Of a stretch of 64,000 nucleotides of DNA, positions 40,639 through 52,078 are shown piece after piece; positions within the stretch are counted from its first letter, which is position 1; every line of letters begins with the position of its first letter. Source of the DNA: Anaeromyxobacteraceae bacterium (GTDB taxonomy: Bacteria; Myxococcota; Myxococcia; Myxococcales; Anaeromyxobacteraceae); assembly GCA_047602405.1 (NCBI GenBank), contig JASGHJ010000001.1:1632001-1696000 (forward strand). Reading direction: 5' to 3'. A program made the position numbers and the translations under genes. The notes beneath the pieces were generated by a model, which was not told where the DNA came from, ran no database searches, and worked only from the letters and a program-made list of their open reading frames with translations.

Positions 40639-41039
40639 GTGCTGCCGTGGTCGTGTGAAGCCTCGCTGCAACCACAACTCCACGCTACGCCTCTCGCGCG
40701 ACGATCGGAAGTGGCCCCGGGCCACGCCGAACGGGGCGTGTCGCGCCGCACCGGAGCCCACCCGAGGAAGCTCGGGCACTTCGCGAGCGCGCGTCCCTCG
40801 GCAGTGGGAGGGCCCGCCCGGCGACCACCGACCCGCAGACCCACTCCGCGGGTCCGGGTCGAAACGATCGTCCACGCGCGGGCGCAGCGGCACGCGAGGC
40901 CGGCGCGACGGGCGCAGCGCGATGGCCAGGACGCGAGCACGCAGCGGAGCGAGAGCGCGGCCGCCTGGGCGCGGCCGGGCGGGGTGGCAGGGCGCCGAGC
41001 CGTGATACCGTTTCCGTCTCCCACGCCCCGAGGACGCCG

Positions 41040-42059
41040 ATGTTCATCACGATGAAGCCCCACGCGACCGAGGCCGAGTACGCCGACGTCGTCGAGAAGA
41101 TCCGCGCGCTGGGGCTCACCCCGCACCCCATCACCGGCATCGAGCGCAAGGTGGTCGCGGTCATCGGCCACACCTCCGGGCACGACCCGGAGGACCTCTT
41201 CGGCTCCATGCCCGGCGTCGCCGAGGCGCTGCGCGTCTCGCAGCCCTTCAAGCTCGTCTCGCGCGAGGTGAAGGAGGAGGACACCGTCCTCGACGTCGGG
41301 GGCGTGCCGCTCGGCGGGAAGGCCATCGCGGTCATGGCGGGGCCGTGCTCGGTCGAGTCGAAGGAGCAGATCTTCGAGGCCGCCGCGGCCGTGAAGCGCG
41401 CCGGCGCCACGTTCCTGCGCGGCGGCGCCTTCAAGCCGCGCACGAGCCCCTACGAGTTCCAGGGGCTCAAGGAGCAGGGGCTGAGGCTCCTCGCCGAGGC
41501 GCGGGAGCGGACCGGCCTCAAGGTCGTGACCGAGGTGAAGGACACCGAGACCCTCGAGCTCGTGGCCGAGTACGCGGACGTGCTGCAGGTCGGCGCGCGC
41601 AACATGCAGAACTACTCGCTCCTCGAGCGGCTCGGCACGATCGACAAGCCCGTCCTCCTGAAGCGCGGCCTCTCCGCCACGATCAAGGAGTGGCTGATGG
41701 CGGCCGAGTACATCGTCGCGAAGGGCAACCACCGCGTCGCGCTCTGCGAGCGGGGCATCCGCACCTTCGAGACGATGACCCGCAACACCCTCGACATCAA
41801 CGCGGTGCCGGTGCTGAAGGCGCTCACGCACCTGCCGGTGGTGGTGGACCCGTCGCACGGGATCGGCCTGAGGCCCCACGTCCCCGCCATCGCGCGCGCG
41901 GGCGTCGCGGCCGGCGCCGACGCGCTGATCATCGAGGTCCACCCGCGCCCGGAGAAGGCGCTCTCCGACGGCCACCAGTCGCTCACGCCGGCGGAGTTCG
42001 AGGGGCTCATGCAGCAGGTGCGGGTCATCGCCGGCGCGGTCGGGCGGTCGATCCTGTAG
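41040..42059 (+). CDS. aroF: DAHP synthase type I-beta, copy 2
   Basis: Same catalytic motifs as 37903-38916, with a more divergent N-terminal domain. Confidence 0.95.
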   Translation: MFITMKPHATEAEYADVVEKIRALGLTPHPITGIERKVVAVIGHTSGHDPEDLFGSMPGVAEALRVSQPFKLVSREVKEEDTVLDVGGVPLGGKAIAVMAGPCSVESKEQIFEAAAAVKRAGATFLRGGAFKPRTSPYEFQGLKEQGLRLLAEARERTGLKVVTEVKDTETLELVAEYADVLQVGARNMQNYSLLERLGTIDKPVLLKRGLSATIKEWLMAAEYIVAKGNHRVALCERGIRTFETMTRNTLDINAVPVLKALTHLPVVVDPSHGIGLRPHVPAIARAGVAAGADALIIEVHPRPEKALSDGHQSLTPAEFEGLMQQVRVIAGAVGRSIL

Positions 42060-42065
42060 GCGGCC

Positions 42066-43079
42066 ATGGCCCTCGCCCCGCTCCTCCTCGCCGCGCTGCT
42101 CGCCGCGCCCCCCGCCGACCCCGCGCCGCCGCGCGGCCCGGCGGTCGTGGTCCACGGCGGCGTCGGCTCCGCCCGCGTCCGGATGGACGCGACCGGCCCC
42201 GCCGCCGCGCGGGGCCTCGCGCTCCTCCGCGATGGACGACCGGCGCTCGACGGCGCCACCGCCTCGGTCGTGGCGCTCGAGGACGACTGCCGCTTCAACG
42301 CCGGCACCGGCGCGAACATCCGCATGGACGGAAAGACCGTGCAGATGGACGCCGCGGTGATGGATGGGGCCACGGGCGGCTTCGGGGCGGTGGCGGCCAT
42401 CGAGCGGGTGAAGAACCCGGTGCTCGTGGCGCGCAAGGTGCTGGAGACGCCGCACGTGCTCGTGGTCGGCGAGGGCGCGACGCGCCTCGCGCGGCTCTTC
42501 GGCTTCCCGGACCACGATCCGCGCTGCAAGGACAGCCTCGAGAAGCTCGAGCGCGTCCGGCGGATCCTGCTCGGCAAGGAGACCGGCCCCGCGCTCGGCG
42601 CCTGGAAGCGGTTCGACTGGCGCCGGTTCTGGAACTTCCCCGGCCCGCTGCCGGAGGAGCTGAAGGCCGCCGCCGGGACGCCGGACACCGTGGGCGCGGT
42701 CGCGAGGGACGCGCGCGGGAGCTTCGCCGCGGCCATCTCGACCGGCGGGACGACCATCACGTTCTACGGCCGCGTCGGCGACGTGCCGATCGCCGGCGCC
42801 GGCATCTGGGCGGGCCCCGCCGGCGCCGTCGCGTGCACCGGGCAGGGCGAGGAGATCATCCGCCGCGCAGTCGCGCGCGCCGTCTACGAGGAGCTCGCGC
42901 GGGGGACCGAGCCGCAGGAGGCCGTGGACCGGACCCTCGCGGCGTTCCCGGCCGACGTGGACCTGGGCGTCGTCGCCGTGGGCCCCCGCGGCGAGGGTGG
43001 CGGGGCCAACTACTCGGCGGAGCGCAAGGCGTTCGGCGGGCCTTTCCGCGACAACATGGCCTGGTCCGTGGCACGCTGA
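42066..43079 (+). CDS. Exported isoaspartyl peptidase/L-asparaginase (Ntn hydrolase)
   Basis: VHGG, FNAGTG, MDAAVMDG, D-TVGAVA autocleavage site, STGG, GRVGD, TGQGE. Confidence 0.9.
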   Translation: MALAPLLLAALLAAPPADPAPPRGPAVVVHGGVGSARVRMDATGPAAARGLALLRDGRPALDGATASVVALEDDCRFNAGTGANIRMDGKTVQMDAAVMDGATGGFGAVAAIERVKNPVLVARKVLETPHVLVVGEGATRLARLFGFPDHDPRCKDSLEKLERVRRILLGKETGPALGAWKRFDWRRFWNFPGPLPEELKAAAGTPDTVGAVARDARGSFAAAISTGGTTITFYGRVGDVPIAGAGIWAGPAGAVACTGQGEEIIRRAVARAVYEELARGTEPQEAVDRTLAAFPADVDLGVVAVGPRGEGGGANYSAERKAFGGPFRDNMAWSVAR

Positions 43080-43157
43080 CGCAGTTGCACGGCCAGGTCG
43101 CAGCGGTCCACACTCGGACCCGCGGGCGCGGGGAGGGGGGCCGCCCAGGAGCACTCG

Positions 43158-45096
43158 ATGTCGAGCGGCGTGATGGTCGTCGCCGTGTTCGTGGCCCTCG
43201 CCGCGGGTGTCGCGGTGGGCACGCGCCTCCGCGCGGCCCGCCGCGGCCCGCAGGATCGCTTCCTCCCCGTCTTCAAGACGGTCCCGAGCCCGCTCGCGCT
43301 CAGCCGGCTCGACGACGGCAGGCTCGTGGCCGTGAACGACAGGTTCACCGAGCACACGGGCATCGAGGAGGCCCGCGCCGTGGGGCGCACGGCCATCGAG
43401 CTCGGCATCTGGCCCGATCCGGCCGAGCGCACGCGCATCCAGGACGAGATCGCGCGCGGGGAGGTCGTGCGCGAGCGCGAGGTCCGCGTGCGGCGCGCCG
43501 ACGGGCGGGAGCGGATCGTGCTGATGTCGGCCAGCCGGGTGGACCTCGACGGCGTCCCGCACCTGCTCTCGTCCGCGCGCGACGTGACCGAGGAGCGCGC
43601 GGCGGCGACGGCGCAGGCCCGGCTCGAGGGCGAGCTCCGGCAGGCGGAGGAGCGGAGCCGCGCGGTGCTCCGGAGCCTGCCCGTGGTGCAGTGGGTGCTC
43701 GATCGCGACGGCGTCTTCACGCTGTCGGAGGGGCAGGGGCTCGCGGCCTTCGGGCTCAGGCCGGGCGAGGTCGTCGGCCGGAGCGTCACCGACGTCTACG
43801 CCGGCTTCCCGGAGACGATCGCCGACTTCCACCGCGCGCTCGCGGGCGAGTCCTTCGCCACCGACAACGTCTTCGGGCCGGTCGTCTTCGAGAGCCGCTG
43901 GGCGCCGATGCGCGACGGGGCCGGCCGGATCGTCGGGGTGACCGGCCTCGGCCTCGACGTCACGGGGCGCCGCCGCGCCGAGCAGGCCCACCGGGAGGGC
44001 GAGCTCAAGGTGCAGGTGCTCGAGCGGCTCGCCACGATGGGCCGCGCGGCGGCGGGGCTCGCCCACGAGGTGAACAACCCGCTCACCTACGTGCTCGGGA
44101 ACCTCGAGGCCGCGGTCGAGCGGCTCCCCGCCGGGGAGGTGCGCGACCTCGTGGCCGACGCCCGGGAGGGCGCCGAGCGGGTCCGCCGGATCGCCGCCGA
44201 CCTCGCGGTGTTCGCGAGCGCGCGCCCGCAGGCGGGCGCGGCGAGCGACGTCGAGGCCGTGGTGCGCTCGGCGGTCGCGTTCACGCGCAACGACGTCCGC
44301 CACCGGGCGCGGCTGGTCGTCGAGGTCGACCCCGGCTGCCGCGTGGCGCTCGCCGAGGGCCGGCTCGGACGAGATCCTCGTGAACCTCCTCTCGAACGCT
44401 TGCGAGGCGATCCCGGAGGGGCGCGCGGCCGACAACGTCATCGGCGTGCGGGTGCGTGCCGAGGGCGGCCAGGTCGTGTTCGCGGTCTCCGACACCGGCG
44501 CGGGCATGACACCCGAGGTGCAGGCCCGGGTCTTCGAGCCGTTCTTCACGACCGGCGGCGGGCTCGGGGTCGGCCTGCCGCTGGTGCGCGGGATCGTCGC
44601 GGAGGCGGGCGGCGAGATCACGGTCGAGAGCGCGCCGGGGAAGGGGAGCACCTTCCGCGTGCGGCTCCCCGCGGCCGCGCCGCCGCCCGCGGCGGTGGGC
44701 CCGCCGGAAACGGCGGCCGCGCCCGCGCGGATCCTCGTCGTCGACGACGAGCCGCTCGTGGCGCGCTCGGTGGCGCGCCTCCTGCGGCCGCACGCGGTCT
44801 CCATCGAGACCGACGGCAAGAAGGCGCTCGAGCGGCTCCGCGGCGGCGAGGCCTTCGACGTCGTGCTCTGCGACCTCATGATGCCGGACCTCACCGGCAT
44901 GGACCTGCACGACGCGCTCGTGGCCGACCGGCCCGAGGTGGCGCGGCACCTGGTGTTCCTCACCGGTGGCGCGTTCACCGACCGTGCGCGCGAGTTCCTC
45001 GCGCGGACCCGCTGCCCGGTGCTCGACAAGCCGGTGGACGCGGCGGCGCTGCGCGACGCGGTGGGCCGGGCCATGGCTCCCGGCGGGCAGGCGTAG
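43158..45096 (+). CDS. Hybrid PAS-PAS histidine kinase with receiver domain (frameshift near 44370)
   Basis: [45 protein letters not shown]. Confidence 0.9.
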
Positions 45097-45163
45097 GGCG
45101 GGCTCCCTCCCCGCGGGGCCGACGGCGACTTGCCACGCCCCATTTCGTCCTTACGGTCCCCAC

Positions 45164-45388
45164 ATGAGGTACGACGACGAGGAGACCGGCCCGGTGAACG
45201 AGGCCGTGGCCGACGCGGACGTGGAGGTGGAGGAGGGCTGCATCCTGTGCGGCGGGACGCTCTCCATGCGGCTCGTGGGCGGCTCGGCCGGCAGCTACTG
45301 CCGCGCCTGCCACTGGATCTCGAGGCCGCACGTGCACCGCCACGCGGACCACGTGGCGCTCGTCCACCCTGCGAGGCTGGTCGCGTAG
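45164..45388 (+). CDS. Small zinc-ribbon-like protein
   Basis: CILC...CRAC with a His-rich tail. Confidence 0.6.
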   Translation: MRYDDEETGPVNEAVADADVEVEEGCILCGGTLSMRLVGGSAGSYCRACHWISRPHVHRHADHVALVHPARLVA

Positions 45389-45431
45389 CGAGAGCGAGGG
45401 GGGGCGTCGGCGACGTCGAGGTCAGGTCCGG

Positions 45432-45842
45432 CTACCGCGGCTCGTCGCCGCGGATCCAGTGCAGGGCCTCGACGGGCGAGTCGAAGATCCGCGCGATCAC
45501 GCCGTCCGCCGCTGCGTTCTCGACGAAGCGCCGGACGTTCATCTGCCCGTAGATCTTCTCGGGCTGGACCATCGCCCAGTGCTTCCAGCCCGCCTGGATC
45601 GCGGCGGGGCGCCAGACGTTGTCCGCCCACTCGCCGTCCTCTCGCGGGAGGGCGCCGTTCATGCGGTCGTCGGAGATCCACTTCGTGGCGCCGTGCCTCC
45701 GCAGGAGCTCGATGCCGGCCTCGAGGACCTTCTTGAACTCGGCCCCGTGCACGAAGCCGTGAAACTCGTGGTGGACGATCCGCTCCTCCGGGTAATAGAG
45801 GAGCGAGGCGAGCGGTCCGTCGAGGATGACGAGCTTCTGCAT
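45432..45842 (-). CDS. STAS/SEC14 (SpoIIAA-like) small protein
   Basis: KWISDDR, W....W.P..IQAGWKHWAMV, F....EAL.WI. Confidence 0.7.
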   Translation of the reverse strand: MQKLVILDGPLASLLYYPEERIVHHEFHGFVHGAEFKKVLEAGIELLRRHGATKWISDDRMNGALPREDGEWADNVWRPAAIQAGWKHWAMVQPEKIYGQMNVRRFVENAAADGVIARIFDSPVEALHWIRGDEPR

Positions 45843-45900
45843 TCGGGGTGGACTCGTGCGTGGCGGTGGGCGCGGCGGCCTCGTCGACCCCGCTGCAACA

Positions 45901-45915
45901 GCAAGTGAGGTGCCA
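45901..45915 (-). promoter_or_regulatory. Sigma-54 promoter
   Basis: TGGCAC-CTCAC-TTGC, an exact -24/-12 match about 60 bp upstream of 45842. Confidence 0.8.
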
Positions 45916-46018
45916 CCCTGGCGCCGCCCGTGGCGCGGGGTTACCACGGAATCCGATCAGCCCCGGGGTCCCGTCCTACCCGGAGGGGAACCCATCCGGG
46001 GAGTGCGAGGGGTCGCGA

Positions 46019-46699
46019 ATGGGAAGGTGGGACGACGCCGGCACGGTCGGCAGCTTCGCGAGCGCGAAGCCGAACGCGGTGCTCATGGCCTGGGCGGCGG
46101 CCGAGCTCGCCCGGCGCCGCGGCGCCGCGAGGGTGCTCGATCTCGGCTGCGGCGCCGCGAGGAACACCGGGCCGCTCGCGGCGCTCGGCGCGGAGGTGGT
46201 CGGCACCGACCTCTCGCTCCCCATGCTGGCGGCGGCGCGGGCGAGGGTGGACGCGGCCGGGCTCGGCCGCCGGGTGGAGCTCCTGCGGGCGGGCATGGAC
46301 CGGCTGCCGCTCGGGGACGGTGTGTTCGACGTGGTGATCGCGCACGGCATCTGGAACCTGGCCCGCTCCGGCGACGAGCTCCGGCGCGCGCTCGCGGAGG
46401 CGGCGCGCGTCGCGCGGCGCGGGGCCGGCCTGTTCGTCTTCACCTTCTCCCGCCACACCCTGCCCCCGGCGGCGGAGCCGGTCGCGGGCGAGACGTTCGT
46501 CTACACGCAGTTCTCGGGCGAGCCGCAGGTGTTCCTCGAGGAGCCGGAGCTCGTCGCGCTGCTGGCCGAGGCCGGCTTCGTGCGCGACCCGCCGGGACCG
46601 CTGACCGAGTACAACCGGGCCCCGTCACCGGTGCGGGTCGCCACCGGCCCGGTGATCTGGGAGGGGACGTTCCGGCGAGAAGCAAACCGCTCATCCTGA
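46019..46699 (+). CDS. Class I SAM-dependent methyltransferase
   Basis: VLDLGCGAARN, GTDLS, LPLGDGVFDVVI. Confidence 0.88.
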   Translation: MGRWDDAGTVGSFASAKPNAVLMAWAAAELARRRGAARVLDLGCGAARNTGPLAALGAEVVGTDLSLPMLAAARARVDAAGLGRRVELLRAGMDRLPLGDGVFDVVIAHGIWNLARSGDELRRALAEAARVARRGAGLFVFTFSRHTLPPAAEPVAGETFVYTQFSGEPQVFLEEPELVALLAEAGFVRDPPGPLTEYNRAPSPVRVATGPVIWEGTFRREANRSS

Positions 46700-46752
46700 G
46701 CCCTTCGACTTCGCCGCTGCGCGGCTACGCTCAGGGTGAACGAAGTCGAGGA
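46687..46752. repeat. Nested REP-like repeat, copy 8 (supplies the methyltransferase stop codon)
   Basis: CCGCTCATCCTGAG-[CCCTTCGACTTCG-hairpin-CTACGCTCAGGGTGAA]-CGAAGTCGAGGA. Confidence 0.85.
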
Positions 46753-46754
46753 AG

Positions 46755-48515
46755 CTACATCGAGATCGAGCCCTTGCGGAAGTCGCTCCGCGCGAGGTGC
46801 ACGTTCACGCAGACCGGGTGCCCGGCGCGGGCGAGCGCCTTCGCCTCGTCGAGCACGGCGTCGATGCGCGCGTCCTCGGTGAGGAGCAGGCCCTTCCCGC
46901 CGTAGCCCTCCGCCACGCGGTGGTAGTCGCAGCGGGCGAGCACGGTGCCGACGTCGTCGCCGAGCATCTCCACCTGCTCGCGCGCGATCTGCTGCCAGGA
47001 GCCATCGTTGCCGATGACCGCGATGGGCGCGAGGCCGTGGCGGGCGAAGGTGTCGAACTCGGCGAGGCTGTAGGCGGAGGAGCCGTCGCCGTAGACCAGC
47101 CAGACCTCCTTGCCGGGCCGGAGCACCGCCGCGCCGGTCGCGAAGCCGCCGCCCACGCCGAGCGTGCCGAACACGCCCGGGTCGAGCCAGGCGAGCGGCG
47201 CGCGGGGTCGGAGCGTGTAGGCCGCCGTGGCGACGAAGTCGCCGCCGTCCACGACGAGCGTCGCGTCGTCGGCGAGCTTCTCCTCGAGCCGCGTGAAGAA
47301 CGCGAGCGGGTTCACGAGCTCGCCGCGCGCGCGGGCGCCCTCGGCGATCTCGGCGTCGCGGGCCGCCTCGCGCTCCCGCAGCGTGGCGAGCCAGGGCTCG
47401 AGGCGCCCCTCCGCGCCGCCGGCCGCGGCGGCGAGGTCGACGAGGAACTCGCCCGGGTGCATCCGCAGGGCGACCTCGGGCGAGCGGTTCTTCCGGAGCT
47501 CCGCGGAGGACAGGTTCGCGGCGGCGACGAAGGCCTTGCCCGCGATCGCGCGGCCGTAGCCGAGCCGGAAGTCGAACGGGAAGCCGGCGACGAGGACGAG
47601 GTCGGCCTCCTTCAGCGCCTTCCCGCGGGCGTGGCGGAACTGGAGCGCGTCCTTGCGGCCGAGGAGCCCGCGGGCCATCCCGCCGAGGAACACCGGCACG
47701 CCGAGGCGCCGGATGGCCTCGGCGACGGGGCCCGGGTCGGGCGTGTTCACGAGGGCCTGGCTGCCGACGACGAGCACCGGCCGCTTCGCGCGCGCGAGCC
47801 GGCGCGCGACGTCGGCGACCTTGCCCCCGGGCGAGCGGAGCGCGGGCAGCGAGAGCTCCACCGGTGGCGGATCGAGCACCGCGGGCAGGCGCGGCGCGTG
47901 GAACTGCCGGAGCAGGTGCGCGTCGAGGTAGGCGCCGAGCGCCATCGCCCCGAGGCCGCGCATCTTCTCGACGCCCGACTCCTTCACGTACCACTCGCGG
48001 ACGGTCGCCTCCGGGTAGAGGAGGTCCACCGGCACCTCGACGAAGACCGGCCCCGGCACGCCGCTCCGGGCCACCTCGAGCGCGCGCGCCACCGTGGGCC
48101 CGAGGTTCGCGTAGGTCGTCACGCGGGTCGCCCACTTCGTGAGCGGCTTCATGAGCGCGAGCTGGTCGATGTCCTGGAGCGAGCCGCGGCCCCGCAGGAT
48201 CGTGGCGGTCGCGCCCCCGAGGAGCAGCACCGGCGACTGCGCCATCTGCGCGTTCTTGAGCGCGGTGACCGCGTTCGTCACGCCCGGCCCGGCGGTCACG
48301 GCGGCGACGCCGGGGAGCCCGGTCATGCGGGCGACGGCGTCGGCGGCGAACACCGCGTTGCCCTCGTCGCGCACGTCCACGACCCGGAGGCCCCGGCGCT
48401 TCGCCTCGACGAGGATCGGCGAGATGTGGCCGCCGCACAGGGTGAAGAGGTGCCGCACGCCGGCGGCGTGGAGCGCCTCGGCGACGCGGACGCCGCCGTT
48501 GTCGGGGGTGGACAT
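46755..48515 (-). CDS. ThDP-dependent acetolactate-synthase-like protein (ILVBL/2-hydroxyacyl-CoA lyase-like)
   Basis: [45 protein letters not shown]...ND. Confidence 0.88.
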   Translation of the reverse strand: MSTPDNGGVRVAEALHAAGVRHLFTLCGGHISPILVEAKRRGLRVVDVRDEGNAVFAADAVARMTGLPGVAAVTAGPGVTNAVTALKNAQMAQSPVLLLGGATATILRGRGSLQDIDQLALMKPLTKWATRVTTYANLGPTVARALEVARSGVPGPVFVEVPVDLLYPEATVREWYVKESGVEKMRGLGAMALGAYLDAHLLRQFHAPRLPAVLDPPPVELSLPALRSPGGKVADVARRLARAKRPVLVVGSQALVNTPDPGPVAEAIRRLGVPVFLGGMARGLLGRKDALQFRHARGKALKEADLVLVAGFPFDFRLGYGRAIAGKAFVAAANLSSAELRKNRSPEVALRMHPGEFLVDLAAAAGGAEGRLEPWLATLREREAARDAEIAEGARARGELVNPLAFFTRLEEKLADDATLVVDGGDFVATAAYTLRPRAPLAWLDPGVFGTLGVGGGFATGAAVLRPGKEVWLVYGDGSSAYSLAEFDTFARHGLAPIAVIGNDGSWQQIAREQVEMLGDDVGTVLARCDYHRVAEGYGGKGLLLTEDARIDAVLDEAKALARAGHPVCVNVHLARSDFRKGSISM

Positions 48516-48640
48516 GGCGCGGCAGTGTAGCCGAGGGCGCGCGCCCGGGCGCCGGGTTCCGGGGTCAAGGGCTGCGGCTCGCCCCCGGAGGTGCGCCCGG
48601 GGCGGCCCGGGTTGTGGGCGCTACCCCGGGCCCCGGTCCG

Positions 48641-51160
48641 TCACCTCGCCACGAAGGTGCGCAGGGCGACGCTGCCCCCGTGGCCCGCCGTCGAGGACAG
48701 GCCCACCCAGGGTGTGAAGAGGAGATCGGCGGTCCAGGTGTACTTCGCGTCGGCGAAGTAGGTGGCCCGCCAGCCGTACGTGCCGCCGGAGGGCAGCCCG
48801 ATCCCGAGGGCGGTGAGGTCGGGGACCGTCACCGTGTCCGCGCTGGCGAACACGGTGAGGAACGGGCCCGTGGTGGGGTACCTCGGGGACAGCGTGAAGT
48901 AGCGGTAGCCGTCGCCGCCCGTCACCGTCAACGCGTCACCTGGGCCGATCCCGGTCGCGCCCGCCGCCGGGGACACGGCGGTGGGCGCGGGGCGGAGCTC
49001 GAGGGCGACGCCCGCCTCGCCGGGTACGACGATGACGCTCGCGTTCGTCGTGTCGTTCGACGCATCCGAGGCGGTGGCGCGCGCCGTGAACCGCACCCCG
49101 GGGATCACCGGGGCGGGGTAGCTCCAGGCGCCGGCCGCGGCAGGCGCGAACGGGAGCCCCATGCCGAAGCCCGGCAGGCGCAGCGTCGGGGAGAGCCGGA
49201 CGTTCACGTGGCCGGCGGGGACGAGGAGCGTTCCGGACACCGCCGCCGAGGCGAGGGCGGGGCCGTCGAGGGCCAGCTCGACGCTGGCGTCGATCGCGTC
49301 CGTGACCGGCGGGCTCGCCTTCAGGAACCGGCCCCACGCCGCGGGGGCGCCGCCGGCCCCGGGCTGCCACTCCAGCGCGTAGACGTCGAACGGCTGGGTG
49401 GGCGGCCCGACCCAGCTCGCGAAGAGCGAGCCGGCGGCGGTGTCGCCTGCGCCGTGGTCGAACGCGCCCGCGGCCGCGGCCGAGACGCGCACCGAGAGGC
49501 CCGGGGTCCGCCCGGTCACGGTGTAGGAGAGCGTGGTGTCGCGGGACGCGGCGAAGCCCCAGGCGATCCGGTCGGCGGTGAGCCCCTGGCCGATGGTCGC
49601 GCCCCCTTCGAACGGGAACACCACGTCGTAGGGCGGATGGACGCCGTGGAAGGTCAGGCGTCCCGACGCGGGCGCGCGCTGCACCTCGCCGCCGAGCATG
49701 ATCTTTCCGGAAGGGCTCGCCCAGCCGTCGCCCGGGTCGAACACCTCGACGTCCATGCCCTCGGGACCGACCACGAGGACCGGAACCTCCACCCTCGCCT
49801 CGCCGGCCTGGATGCCGATCGTCGCGGTCGACGTGCCGACCTGGGCGGGCGGCGTGTACACGACGGCGTCGCCGTCCTGGGCCAGCGTCCCGGGGCCACG
49901 CGAGAGCGTGAACGTGCGGGAGAGCCCGGCGGGCGTGGTGGCGGTCTCGAGCCTCACCGGCTTCCCGCCGGCCAGGGCCACCGCGCGGGGCGGATGGACC
50001 TCGAGCGCGTCGACGAGCGGCGCGGGGTGGAGCACCACGGAGGCGGTCGCGGTCAGGCACCCCGCGATGGCGTAGAGGGTCGTGCCGGACGCCGAGGTGA
50101 GGCCGCTCGCCGGCGGCGGGGCGTACGAGGTTGCGGTGCCCTCCTCCGCGACGAGCGCTCCCCGGTTCGTCGGGTAGAGCGCCCAGCGCACCGGCCCGTG
50201 GGCCCCGCCGGCGAGGAGGGCGGTGACGGCGGTGGGGGGATCGCCCGCCGCGAGCTCCAGCGTGGCGGGCTCGATGGCGAGCGTGCCGACCTGCTTCACG
50301 GCGATCGCGGTGGTGGCGCTCGCGGAGAGGCCCCCGTACCCCGCGACGGTCGAGGTGACCGTGGCGGACTCACCCTCCGTGTACACGCACTCCGCCGGGG
50401 GCAGGTAGCTTCCGGTGTCGCCCGTGGCGCTCACGCTGCCGCGGCCGGCGGTGACCGCGAAGGCGACCGGGGCGCTGGCGTTCGCGGCGGCCGCCGCGAG
50501 CGCGACCGGGGCGCCCCCGAAGGTCGCCTCGGCCGCCGCGGGGACGGCGAGCGTCGGGGCGAGGTGCACGGTGACCGTGGCGTGCGCGACGAGGTCGCCG
50601 AGCGTCGCGGTGAGCTCGACCGGGGTCCCCGCGCCGAGCGCAGGCGGCGGCGTGAAGGTGGCCAGGTTGCCGGCCGAGGCGAGCGTGCCCGCCGCCGGCG
50701 TCGACCAGACGACGGTGCCGGCCGCGCCGCCGGACGGGACGGCCTCGAGGTGCACCACCGCGCCGCCCACCGCCGTGTCGGCCGACGAGGCGGTCAGGGT
50801 GAGCGCGGGCACCGGGGCGGGCTTCACGGTGAGGGTGGCCTTCGCGGAGCGCCCGGCCGCCGAGGCGGTCACCGTCACCTCGGTGGCCACGCCCACGGCC
50901 GCGGGCGGGAGGTAGCGCGTCGAAGGCCCCGACGCGCTCGAGAGGGCCCCGACCGCCGGGGCGAGGCTCCACGCGATGGTGGCGCTCGAGTGGGTGAGCG
51001 TGGCGGTGAGCTCCACAGGGCCCGTGCCGGCCACGAGCGTGGCGGCCGCGGGCGTGACCTCGAGCGCAGGCGGAGCGGGGTCGCCGGGGCCTCCGGTGAC
51101 TCCCTCACCGGTGCAGGCGGCGAACGCGGACGCCAAGCAGACGACGAACCAGGACCTCAT
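48641..51160 (-). CDS. Large surface lipoprotein with repeated Ig-like domains
   Basis: Lipobox FAAC; about five repeats ending G.L........Y/F.PP. Confidence 0.75.
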   Translation of the reverse strand: MRSWFVVCLASAFAACTGEGVTGGPGDPAPPALEVTPAAATLVAGTGPVELTATLTHSSATIAWSLAPAVGALSSASGPSTRYLPPAAVGVATEVTVTASAAGRSAKATLTVKPAPVPALTLTASSADTAVGGAVVHLEAVPSGGAAGTVVWSTPAAGTLASAGNLATFTPPPALGAGTPVELTATLGDLVAHATVTVHLAPTLAVPAAAEATFGGAPVALAAAAANASAPVAFAVTAGRGSVSATGDTGSYLPPAECVYTEGESATVTSTVAGYGGLSASATTAIAVKQVGTLAIEPATLELAAGDPPTAVTALLAGGAHGPVRWALYPTNRGALVAEEGTATSYAPPPASGLTSASGTTLYAIAGCLTATASVVLHPAPLVDALEVHPPRAVALAGGKPVRLETATTPAGLSRTFTLSRGPGTLAQDGDAVVYTPPAQVGTSTATIGIQAGEARVEVPVLVVGPEGMDVEVFDPGDGWASPSGKIMLGGEVQRAPASGRLTFHGVHPPYDVVFPFEGGATIGQGLTADRIAWGFAASRDTTLSYTVTGRTPGLSVRVSAAAAGAFDHGAGDTAAGSLFASWVGPPTQPFDVYALEWQPGAGGAPAAWGRFLKASPPVTDAIDASVELALDGPALASAAVSGTLLVPAGHVNVRLSPTLRLPGFGMGLPFAPAAAGAWSYPAPVIPGVRFTARATASDASNDTTNASVIVVPGEAGVALELRPAPTAVSPAAGATGIGPGDALTVTGGDGYRYFTLSPRYPTTGPFLTVFASADTVTVPDLTALGIGLPSGGTYGWRATYFADAKYTWTADLLFTPWVGLSSTAGHGGSVALRTFVAR

Positions 51161-51286
51161 GGTCGACCCCCCAGCGCCCCACGGCGTCTCCGGGCTGGAT
51201 GCCGCGGAGGCGGACGGGGCGTGAAGGATGGACAGCGGGCCGGGGAGGATTCGACTCCGGGCGGCGACGCCCTGGGCAGCGGCGGC

Positions 51287-52078
51287 TCAGAGCGCCTTGC
51301 GGAGCGAGCGCACGAACCGCCGTGCCCGCTCCGCGCGGGCCGCGCGGGTGCCGGGCGCGGCCACCTTCTTCACGATGGCGCTCCCCACGACGACGCCGTC
51401 GGCGAGCTTCCCGAGCTGCCGCGCCTGCTCCGGGGTCGAGACGCCGAAGCCGATCACCACCGGCACGCTCGCCTTCGCGCGGACGGCGGCCACGAGCGCG
51501 CCGATCTCGCCGGCCACCGCGCTGCGGGCGCCGGTCACGCCGGTGACCGAGACGAAGTAGACGAACCCGGTCGCGGCGCGCGCCGCGGCCTCGACGCGAG
51601 CGGGGCCGGAGGTGGGCGCCACCAGGAACACCGAACGGACGCCGCTCCTCGCGAGCGCGGGGGCGAGCTCGCCCGACTCCTCCGGGAGGAGGTCGGGGAT
51701 GATGAGCGCGTCCACGCCGGCCTTGCCGCAGTCGGCCGCGAAGCGATCGAGGCCGTGGGCGAGCATGGGGTTGAGATAGCCCATGAGCGCGATGGGGACG
51801 TCGCACCGGGCGCGGACGTGCGCCGCGACCTCGAGCACCTGCTTCGTGGTGGTCCCGTGCGCGAGCGCGCGCTCGGCCGCGGCCTGGATGGTCGGGCCGT
51901 CGGCGATGGGATCCGAGAAGGGCACGCCCAGCTCGAGCAGGTCGGCCCCGCCCTCGACGCAGGCCATCGCGACGGTCTTCGAGGTCGCGAGGTCGGGGTC
52001 GCCGGCCATGACGTAGGTGACGAGCGTCGGCCGGCCCTCGGCCCTCGCCCGGTCGAACGCGGCCTGGATGCGGTTCAC
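51287..52078 (-). CDS. trpA: Tryptophan synthase alpha
   Basis: [29 protein letters not shown]. Confidence 0.97.
   Translation of the reverse strand: MNRIQAAFDRARAEGRPTLVTYVMAGDPDLATSKTVAMACVEGGADLLELGVPFSDPIADGPTIQAAAERALAHGTTTKQVLEVAAHVRARCDVPIALMGYLNPMLAHGLDRFAADCGKAGVDALIIPDLLPEESGELAPALARSGVRSVFLVAPTSGPARVEAAARAATGFVYFVSVTGVTGARSAVAGEIGALVAAVRAKASVPVVIGFGVSTPEQARQLGKLADGVVVGSAIVKKVAAPGTRAARAERARRFVRSLRKAL

Larger units (their letters stand above)
40412..40676 (-). ncRNA. Candidate sRNA of about 260 nt
   Basis: Lower-GC stretch with no credible ORF, a putative -35/-10, a 5' hairpin, internal hairpins, three 14-bp repeats and a terminator. Confidence 0.4.

Noticed and set aside
51245..51265. 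GGATTCGA motifs (also near 27330) as tRNA remnants or att sites
   Set aside because: No cloverleaf, CCA end or integrase nearby.
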